A DNA stretch of 32,000 nucleotides from Saccharolobus solfataricus. GTDB taxonomy: Archaea; Thermoproteota; Thermoprotei_A; Sulfolobales; Sulfolobaceae. Below, piece by piece: positions 19,011 to 25,865 of this stretch (positions within the stretch are counted from its first letter, which is position 1; every line of letters begins with the position of its first letter). A program made the position numbers and the translations under genes. The stretch is from the NCBI RefSeq assembly GCF_900079115.1, contig NZ_LT549890.1, forward strand, positions 930,001-962,000, written 5' to 3'. The notes beneath the pieces were generated by a model. The model was not told where the DNA came from. It worked only from the letters and a program-made list of their open reading frames with translations, and did not search any database.

Positions 19011-20136
19011 TCTTGAGATAAATATTCAGTGACGCGTTCAGTTGCCTATCCAACTTGAACCCACACCTCTCACACTCAAAGGTCTTACCAACCTTTCGGG
19101 ATACAAACCCACATCTGGGGCAAGACCTCGAGGTGAGGTGTGGGTTCACTTCCTTAACGAAAGAACCGTAAAGCGGAGCCTTGTACTTCAACACTCTATG
19201 TATACTCCTCCAAACAGTCCTAGAAATCTTCCTCGAAAGAGAGCCATTAGCATCCTTAAACATACTCTCTTTGTTAAGCTTTTCCACAGCGAAAAACGTC
19301 ATGGGGTACAAGTCCAACAAAGTGTTTACAAACTTGTGAACGAAGTCCAGAACGCGATTCCTCTCCCTATGCGAATACTTCCTTAACAACTCTCTCCCCC
19401 TCTTCGTGTGCTTTGATGCAAATGATTGCACCTTAGCCCTCTTCACCTCCATAGAGTACTTAAGGGAGTACAACTGCTTCAGAGAGATTGTAACGAATTT
19501 CTCACCATCATAAGCATCTAGAGTATAAAGGTTGGAGTCAATAGCTAGAAAGTTCACTGGTGTTACCCACGGTAACTTGTAACGAAATGGCAAATACACT
19601 TTCTCCTCCTTAATTATAGGTTCGCCAAGTTCCAACTCCCTAACCCTTCTTGAGAACCATGACTTACTCCACGGGAAGGTGATGTACTCGTGAGGTCTTA
19701 CAGTTATTCTAACGCTTTCCCCCACAACCTTCCTCAGAGTCGTCTTTATCCTAACGTAAGCCTTCTTCACCCTTGGTTTTTCAATCGAAGCTCTCCCCTT
19801 TATGGCCCTTTTCCTCCACGACTTCAAGATCGAGAATGCGTCATTAATTGCCTTATCGACGTAGTGTGACGCGAGGTGGTTGATCTTCTCCAACTCTTCC
19901 CTAAGTGGTTTGTACACTTCCTTCTTCTTCGGTAGTGTTATCTTGTAATTACCGTTCTTTTTTCTTACTTGTATTTTCGTTAAATTCCACAGGTAGTCAA
20001 TTGCTTTCTGTAGTAGTGTTCTGTATTCTTTAATTAACTCTTTGCTCTTCTCCCTCTCACTATTCTTGATAGAGTACGTGAAGTGCACGTATTCCTCTTC
20101 CGGTTCAAATTTTCTAATTCTTAAGTTCTTCAGCAC
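18868..20136 (-). CDS. tnpB: TnpB (OrfB) RNA-guided nuclease-type protein
   Basis: 422 aa. It has the RuvC-like segment FLAIDSNLYTL, ...FFAVEKLNK..., and a C-terminal zinc ribbon CPRCG...CERCG followed by DRQLNASLNI. This is the canonical OrfB_IS605/OrfB_Zn_ribbon architecture. It overlaps the tnpA end by 23 nt. Confidence 0.9.
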   Translation of the reverse strand: MLKNLRIRKFEPEEEYVHFTYSIKNSEREKSKELIKEYRTLLQKAIDYLWNLTKIQVRKKNGNYKITLPKKKEVYKPLREELEKINHLASHYVDKAINDAFSILKSWRKRAIKGRASIEKPRVKKAYVRIKTTLRKVVGESVRITVRPHEYITFPWSKSWFSRRVRELELGEPIIKEEKVYLPFRYKLPWVTPVNFLAIDSNLYTLDAYDGEKFVTISLKQLYSLKYSMEVKRAKVQSFASKHTKRGRELLRKYSHRERNRVLDFVHKFVNTLLDLYPMTFFAVEKLNKESMFKDANGSLSRKISRTVWRSIHRVLKYKAPLYGSFVKEVNPHLTSRSCPRCGFVSRKVGKTFECERCGFKLDRQLNASLNIYLKMCGFPHIREIARVWVGVIPLMGRRGMNVRDFGEAQGLRVDIKYHEIL

Positions 20137-20728
20137 ATTTCTTCACCTTTTCGTATTTATGACTCCTCATACCATACAGTTTCCCACTGAATGAGACTAG
20201 TGTTGAGACTAAGTCTTCAACCAATTCTTCTGGTGTCTTGTCCTCTTGGTTTATTACTACTATTTCACAGCCATGTGCTTTATAAGTCTCCTCTAGGATT
20301 TCGAAGCCGAATCTAACAAGTTTGTCTGGGTAAGCAACAACTACGCGTGATACTTCGTTATTTAATATCATTCTCAACAACTTCAAGAACCCCTTTCTCT
20401 TCATGTTTAACTTGGAACCTATGTCAGTGATTACTTGGTCGTACTCCTTGACCTGTTCCTCTAGGTACTTAACTTGGTTTACTAGATCGTCTTTTTGTGT
20501 GTTTGATGATACTCTAGCGTAAAGTATTACTTTTCTTTTTCTAATAATTCCCATTAGCCTCTCTATGTCTTCTTCTCTGAATCTTTGTTTTCCGCTCTGT
20601 AGTATAACTGGTTTTATGTATCCTTTCTTAACGTATTCTCTAAGTGTTGCATAGGATATTCCTAGTCTTTGGCATGCTTCCTTAGGTCTTAGCGTTGTAT
20701 AAGAGTTTGTGGCAAAATAATATAAACT
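20114..20728 (-). CDS. tnpA: IS607-type TnpA: MerR-like HTH plus serine recombinase (resolvase) catalytic domain; start codon unresolved
   Basis: The ORF-track ATG at 20554 gives MGIIRKRKVILYARVSSNTQKDDL..., with the YARVSS catalytic-serine motif. The same frame stays open upstream to 20728 and encodes LRPKEACQRLGISYATLREYVKKGYIKPVILQSGKQRFREEDIERL. That is the MerR-type HTH found at the N-terminus of IS607 TnpA. There is no in-frame ATG, GTG or TTG in that stretch. Confidence 0.75.
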   Translation of the reverse strand, partial: SLYYFATNSYTTLRPKEACQRLGISYATLREYVKKGYIKPVILQSGKQRFREEDIERLMGIIRKRKVILYARVSSNTQKDDLVNQVKYLEEQVKEYDQVITDIGSKLNMKRKGFLKLLRMILNNEVSRVVVAYPDKLVRFGFEILEETYKAHGCEIVVINQEDKTPEELVEDLVSTLVSFSGKLYGMRSHKYEKVKKCAEELKN

Positions 20729-20756
20729 TTACGGTTTATCTGAAACTGTTGGCAAC

Positions 20757-21411
20757 GGCAACAAACCCCTTCTTATCACTAAATCGCCCAACATCACCAA
20801 TCCTAGCCAAAATAATAGAACCCAAGGTTTTACCAATACTGGGAATAGTGAAAATCAAACTATCCTTGGGAACAAGATCCTCAAGCCTCTCCTCAATCTC
20901 CCTCTTCCTACCCTCAAGCCTCTCCAACTCGTCCAAAAGAAACCTCAGCTAGAACCACACTATCCTCACTCTTCTCACTTAAATTCCTCCTAGACAAACT
21001 ATCACTATAACCCAAGAGAATTAAATCCCTCCTCAACCTATTCTTAACCCTAGTAATACTCTTCACTACAAACTCCCATTGGCTAGTCAACTCTCTAGCA
21101 TCACTCGTTATAAACTGACTACCCATATTAACAGCTAATTCCGCAAGTTTTTATCACTCTTATCATTCTTCTTCCCCCTGAAACCCTTGATTACTAAGGG
21201 ATTAATAACCCTAACATCATAACACAAGTACTTAGCTTAAGTTAATATGGTAAATTCCAGTACTCTCAATACCCACTTTACAACCCTTAGGCAAGACTTG
21301 CTTTACTCCCTCAAAACCTTGCTTATTATTTTGAAATTCGTAGTATTTACCTTGGAAGTACACTACTAATTTATCTTTTGATATATCTATTCCAGCAACT
21401 GGGGCCTCCAT
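20757..21411 (-). pseudogene. IS110-family transposase copy 2, N-terminal two-thirds (stop and frameshifts)
   Basis: From the ATG at 21411 (GGTGA Shine-Dalgarno-like motif a few nt upstream) the minus strand reads MEAPVAGIDISKDKLVVYFQGKYYEFQNNKQGFEGVKQVLPKGCKVGIESTGIYHINLS*. After frame changes it reads AKYLCYDVRVINPLVIKGFRGKKNDKSDKN.., ..AELAVNMGSQFITSDARELTSQWEFVVKSITRVKNRLRR.., and ..IFTIPSIGKTLGSIILARIGDVGRFSDKKGFVA. Confidence 0.8.
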
Positions 21412-21570
21412 GTATACTCACCCTTATTCGGGCTTCAAACCCAACTTCCGGTCCGAATTGGAGGAGGCTAAGTTCCCCGTCGAGCTCTAAGCTCAAGGAC
21501 GCCGACGGCCTCAACCCTAGCCAGATCTATATTGCATAGATCTGACTAATATGTTTTATATAAGGGTTTG

Positions 21571-21710
21571 TCACGCCCCAATCCGAAGATTTGGCTTCAT
21601 TTATCCCGTCGACCATGTTTTCCCAGCTGAGGAGAATATTACTCTCCCCAGCTAATGTTAAAGTGCTGGCAAGGTGGGGTATGAAGCAGGAAGCCTTGTC
21701 CGTTAAGGCA
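21571..21710 (-). repeat. Relic of the tnpB-3' repeat family (copy E), minus orientation, just 5' of IS110 copy 2
   Basis: Minus strand AACATGGTCGACGGGATAAATGAAGCCAAATCTTCGGATTGGGG resembles copy C GTCCGACGGTAGC...AAAAATCTTTCCGTTAGTATTTTGG and the intact tnpB end AACGTCCGCGACTTCGGTGAAGCCCAAGGG. The residual frame KASCFIPHLAS resembles KMCGFPHIREIA. This is the weakest of the relic assignments. Confidence 0.35.
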
Positions 21711-22081
21711 AGGTAGTTTACATAACTATCCTAATAACTCAAAATTCCTCTTTATTAGCTAGCACATTAAAAATTCAAAGGAGAACCGTATATCTGCCGT
21801 TTTTAGAATGTTGAGTTACTTTGTCGACTTATTGGATTTTTCATATAAACAACTATTGTCTCTATTCAATTAATCTTTTAATGTGTAATTTACGTTTATG
21901 ACAACTCTTAGTTCACAAAGTAATGTTAAGTTTATTAATTACTATCTTTATCATGTGTTATTTTTAAAATATTGTTGATATTATGGTATATGATCTATCA
22001 TTTTTATGCCTTAAGGAAAGTAAAGCTAAAGTTTTAATAACTTATTTGGAGTATGCTAAATCTGGCAAAGGGTGACGTAGA

Positions 22082-22759
22082 TTGGCAATAAAAATAGTGT
22101 TCTTTCATGATGTTTTATGTCCATTCTGCTTTGTAACTTCAAGACGATTAAGAAAAGTGGTAAATAAGTTTAAAGAAGAGGTGGTTGTTAAGCACAAGGC
22201 ATTCATGATAATATCGTCGTTAGAAGACTTAAAAGCTGCTGCACCTACTGAAGAAGAAGCAAAGGAGATTTTCAAACAAGAATTTTCTATCATAAAGAGA
22301 TACTATCCAGATTATGATCCAGAAAAAGTGATAGGTAAAGGTAAAATAATATGGGTTTGGTCTCTCCCCCCTTTAATAGCATGTAAGGCAGCTGAATATC
22401 AAAGAGGTGATAATGGATACTGGGATTACTTTGATAAGGCTCAAGAGAAGTTCTTCTTGGAAGGTGAAAATGTTAATGACGATAATATTTTGATTCAGAT
22501 TGCAGAGGAGTTAGGCCTAGATGTGGAGAAATTTAAAGAGGATTTTAAGTCTAAAAAGGCTAGGATGTCAGTTTTCGAAGACGAAGCTGAGGCGCACGCA
22601 ATGGGAATTAGGGGAGTACCAGCGCTACTGGTTAATGATTATTGGCTTATTAGGGGAGTTCAAGAGGAGACTTATCTTGAATCGGTTATAGAGGATCTGC
22701 TATCTAATGGCGGAGAACCTAAAAAGGTGAAACTAAAAGCTTATTGGGAAGCTACTTAA
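22082..22759 (+). CDS. DsbA-family thiol:disulfide oxidoreductase (FrnE/DSBA-like thioredoxin fold)
   Basis: 225 aa. The N-terminal IVFFHDVLCPFCF is a CPxC active site at the start of the first helix. The C-terminal GIRGVPALLVND corresponds to the cis-Pro loop region. Confidence 0.8.
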   Translation: MAIKIVFFHDVLCPFCFVTSRRLRKVVNKFKEEVVVKHKAFMIISSLEDLKAAAPTEEEAKEIFKQEFSIIKRYYPDYDPEKVIGKGKIIWVWSLPPLIACKAAEYQRGDNGYWDYFDKAQEKFFLEGENVNDDNILIQIAEELGLDVEKFKEDFKSKKARMSVFEDEAEAHAMGIRGVPALLVNDYWLIRGVQEETYLESVIEDLLSNGGEPKKVKLKAYWEAT

Positions 22760-22770
22760 AATCTTTATAC

Positions 22771-23145
22771 ATGCTTAAACGGGTTAAAGATTTCATGTCA
22801 ACACCAGTTTTTCAAGTTGAAGCAAATACTTCACTTCAAGAAGTATGTAAGTTAATGCTAGAGAGAGGAGTAGGATCAGTAGTAGTAACTGAGCAAGGTA
22901 TTCCTAAGGGAATATTTACTGATAGGGACGCAGTTAAGGCAATTGCTACAAGTTTAAGTTCCAGTGACGAGGTTAGATTAGCAGCTACTATGGGTAACCT
23001 AATAATTGTTGATGAGGACATAGATGTCTTCGAGGCTTTAAAAATAATGGCTGCTAATAAGATTAGACATTTACCAGTTAAGAATAAGGATGGAAATATT
23101 ATAGGAATGTTCTCGATAACTGATGTGTATAAGGTTTATGGCTAG
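22771..23145 (+). CDS. CBS-domain pair protein
   Basis: MLKRVKDFMSTPVFQVEANTSLQEVCKLMLERGVGSVVV...GIFTDRDAVKA and ...ALKIMAANKIRHLPVKNKDGNIIGMFSITDV form two canonical CBS repeats. I prefer the ATG at 22771 to the track start at 22744, which overlaps the DsbA gene end. Confidence 0.85.
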   Translation: MLKRVKDFMSTPVFQVEANTSLQEVCKLMLERGVGSVVVTEQGIPKGIFTDRDAVKAIATSLSSSDEVRLAATMGNLIIVDEDIDVFEALKIMAANKIRHLPVKNKDGNIIGMFSITDVYKVYG

Positions 23146-23182
23146 CTAAAAATATTAATTAGTATTCATATATGCTTAAAAT

Positions 23183-23755
23183 GTGAAAGTAGGTTATCTG
23201 ATAGGCAGTAATGGCTACATTACTAACCTTAATAATGCAATTAAGCTAGAGGTAATAGATGGATCTAAGGAGATTATAAGCTTAGCTTACGGAAAGATAT
23301 CAGATATACCTAAACTTGATGTTCTTATTGGAAGAGATTTTTTGCAAGGTGAAGTTTTATTTCTGAAAAATTACGCCAATTTTCTTATTGATAAAAATAG
23401 ATTAACCAATATAATTCCGATTCAATTACCTTTACATAATCAAGACGCAATTTGTGTTGGAACTTCTAACTGTTCTGGTATATCTTTTAAGGATGTTATT
23501 TTCACATATCCATTTCCTTTTAGAGATTCATCGTTTAATTCTGCAATAATTTTTGAGGTTCTTGATCTAGATATAATTAGAGAGGTATATAGGGTAGTTA
23601 AAAGCGGCTCTAAGGTTTACATGATCTTACGTGATAAGTTATTTGGCGGAGTTGATCCATTAGAAGGTTTAAGAAAGCTGTCCAGTAAATTTAAAGTGGC
23701 CATGGTAAAGGAGAAGGAAGGATTTTGGATAATAGAAGGTGTTAAAAAGAGGTAA
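23183..23755 (+). CDS. Hypothetical protein, C-terminal half distantly class-I-methyltransferase-like
   Basis: 190 aa with a GTG start. DAICVGTSNCSG ... FNSAIIFEVLD ... REVYRVVKSGSKVYMIL resembles degenerate SAM-methyltransferase motifs I, II and post-III. The resemblance is weak. Confidence 0.35.
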   Translation: MKVGYLIGSNGYITNLNNAIKLEVIDGSKEIISLAYGKISDIPKLDVLIGRDFLQGEVLFLKNYANFLIDKNRLTNIIPIQLPLHNQDAICVGTSNCSGISFKDVIFTYPFPFRDSSFNSAIIFEVLDLDIIREVYRVVKSGSKVYMILRDKLFGGVDPLEGLRKLSSKFKVAMVKEKEGFWIIEGVKKR

Positions 23756-23781
23756 CCTACCCTTGGGACGTTTATCTTTTC

Positions 23782-25119
23782 TCATTTAGCTGTGAACCCT
23801 GGTTTAACTAGTTTGCTTAAGTCTAATATTTTATTTATCTCATTATCGCTATATCCTAATTCCCTTAATGCTTCACGTATGGACATTCCCTTATTTAACT
23901 TCTTTCCTATTTCTGTTGCTTTATCATAGCCTATTACTGGAGATACTATGGTTATAAGTGAAGGAGAGGATTCAGCATATCTCTTCATCTTCTCTACATT
24001 TGCTACCATTCCATCAATCACTAATCTTGACATCTTCTCTAAAGCCTCTGAGATGAAATTAACTTGGGTTACGATATTATAACCAACTAATGGAATTCCC
24101 ATTGATAACTCAAATTCGCCTAACATTGATGCGAATTGGTTTGCATGATCTAATCCCACAACTTGTGCTGAGATTAGTAAAGTAGCCTCAACCGTAACTG
24201 GATTAGTTTTACCAGGCATTATTGAGCTACCAGCTATCTCCTCTTGTGTAGGTAAATCAATTTCATTTAACCCAGTTAAGGGACCGGAAAACATTAACCT
24301 TATATCTTGCCCTAATCTATATAGGTCTACTGCAATATTCCTCAGTGCTCCGCTTAATAATAAGAGATCGGTGAGCAATCTCATTGCTCTAAACCTATTA
24401 GCTGGCTTAAATCCTAAACCGGTAATTCTGTTTATTTCGTTTATAACTCTTTCTTGGAATTCTGGGTGGCTATTTAGCCCAGTACCAGTCGCAGTACCTC
24501 CAATTGGCAATTCCTTCACATATTCCAAAATATTCATAACTTGTTCATGTTCATGCTGGAAAGCGTCTGCGTAGGCTGAAAGTTCTTGACCTAAAGTTAC
24601 TGGTAATGCGTCTCTTAAATGGGTTCTACCAGCCTTTATAACATCCTTGTACTCCTCAGCCTTCTTATTTAAAGAGGATATTATTTGCTGTAATGCAGGC
24701 AGTAGCCTATTTGTTACCTCAGCTACTGCTGCAATTCTTATAGCTGTTGGCACAGTATCGTTTGAGGACTGACCAAAATTTACATGATCATTTGGATGTA
24801 CTTTAAGATTAGAATAGCTAGAAGCTACTTCTGCTATAACCTCATTTACGTTCATATTAAGTCCGGTCCCTGAACCCGTTTGAAATACATCAAGCACTAT
24901 CTTATCATCTAATTTTCCATCAATTAAATCGTCAGATGCCTTAATAATTGAATCCGCAATTTTTTTATCTAATAATCCAAGATCTGCGTTGACTTTAGCA
25001 CAGGACTTCTTTAAAACTCCCATAGACCAGATAATTCTTCTAGGAAATTTGGTTCCAGTATTCATAAAAAGCTTGGGCGCAGTATCGGTATATTTCATAA
25101 TTAATTGAACGTAATCCAT
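23782..25119 (-). CDS. fumC: Class II fumarate hydratase (fumarase C / aspartase superfamily)
   Basis: 445 aa. [40 protein letters not shown] and the superfamily signature [11 protein letters not shown] are all present and in order. Confidence 0.9.
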   Translation of the reverse strand: MDYVQLIMKYTDTAPKLFMNTGTKFPRRIIWSMGVLKKSCAKVNADLGLLDKKIADSIIKASDDLIDGKLDDKIVLDVFQTGSGTGLNMNVNEVIAEVASSYSNLKVHPNDHVNFGQSSNDTVPTAIRIAAVAEVTNRLLPALQQIISSLNKKAEEYKDVIKAGRTHLRDALPVTLGQELSAYADAFQHEHEQVMNILEYVKELPIGGTATGTGLNSHPEFQERVINEINRITGLGFKPANRFRAMRLLTDLLLLSGALRNIAVDLYRLGQDIRLMFSGPLTGLNEIDLPTQEEIAGSSIMPGKTNPVTVEATLLISAQVVGLDHANQFASMLGEFELSMGIPLVGYNIVTQVNFISEALEKMSRLVIDGMVANVEKMKRYAESSPSLITIVSPVIGYDKATEIGKKLNKGMSIREALRELGYSDNEINKILDLSKLVKPGFTAK

Positions 25120-25187
25120 TATATTAAATCTTTACAAGGAATTATCTTTGAAAAAATCTTTAACCCACTTTACGTAATACCCAATAT

Positions 25188-25865
25188 ATGTCCGTAATAA
25201 GACTTGAAAATGTTACCAAGATCTATGAGGGGAATGTTAAGACTATTGCACTTAGAGATATAAACCTAAGTATTGATGAAGGGGAGTTTATTTCAATATT
25301 AGGACCTTCTGGCAGTGGAAAATCTACTCTCTTATCAATCTTAGGAATTTTGGATAGACCATCACAAGGAAAGGTATACATTTACGAAGTTGACGTAACT
25401 AAACTAAGTGATAACGAGATCTCTAAAATTAGAAACGAATACATAGGCTTTGTGTTTCAGAATTTCAATCTAATTCAAAGACTTAGTGTTCTACAAAACG
25501 TTGAGTTACCATTAGTAGCTAGAGGAATACCAAAAAAGAAAAGAGAGGAAATTGCGATAAATTCTCTAAAACTAGTGGGATTAGATGGATTAATAAATAA
25601 AAAACCATCTGAACTTTCTGGAGGACAGCAGCAAAGAGTTGCCATAGCTCGTGCATTAGCACAAAATCCAAAGATCATATTAGCTGATGAACCTACCGGA
25701 AATTTGGATAGTAGTAATGCAAAAATTGTAATGAACATATTCAAAAAGATTAACGAGGAGTTTAAAACTACGATAGCAGTAGTAACACATGATAGAGAAG
25801 TTGCGAGTTATACAAAGAGAAAGATATACATTAGAGATGGAAAGATAGTTGGTGAAGAAAGATGA
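25188..25865 (+). CDS. ABC transporter ATP-binding protein, MacB/LolD-type
   Basis: 225 aa. Walker A GPSGSGKST, Q-loop FVFQNFNL, signature LSGGQQQRVAIARAL, Walker B ILADEPTGNLD, H-loop VTHD. Confidence 0.9.
   Translation: MSVIRLENVTKIYEGNVKTIALRDINLSIDEGEFISILGPSGSGKSTLLSILGILDRPSQGKVYIYEVDVTKLSDNEISKIRNEYIGFVFQNFNLIQRLSVLQNVELPLVARGIPKKKREEIAINSLKLVGLDGLINKKPSELSGGQQQRVAIARALAQNPKIILADEPTGNLDSSNAKIVMNIFKKINEEFKTTIAVVTHDREVASYTKRKIYIRDGKIVGEER

Larger units (their letters stand above)
18856..20756 (-). mobile_element. IS607-family insertion sequence (serine-recombinase tnpA plus tnpB), about 1.9 kb, ISC1904/ISC1913 size class
   Basis: The ends are inferred from the interrupted IS110 reading frame. 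The minus strand reads ...KKGFVA (gcc = 20757-20759), then the element, then YCDLDPVV... (tat = 18853-18855). This restores FVAYCDLDPVV, against FVAYCGLDPVV in copy 1. The inferred length is 1901 bp. A GTTGCC GTTGCC duplication at the left junction leaves an ambiguity of up to 6 nt. Confidence 0.8.
18602..21563 (-). mobile_element. IS110-family insertion sequence, copy 2 (diverged from copy 1), degenerate and split by the IS607-type element
   Basis: Transposase fragments lie at 18602-18855 and 20757-21411. Together they are colinear with the copy-1 protein. The outer ends are not defined. Confidence 0.65.

Noticed and set aside
19042-19386. 114-aa plus-strand ORF inside tnpB.
   Set aside because: It is a shadow ORF opposite a gene with an unmistakable TnpB architecture.
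18627-21126. Track ORFs 18627-18896, 20736-20936, 20914-21126 and 20695-20952 as independent genes.
   Set aside because: The first three are frame fragments of the broken IS110 copy 2 transposase and are reported as pseudogene parts. 20695-20952 (+) is an antisense shadow.
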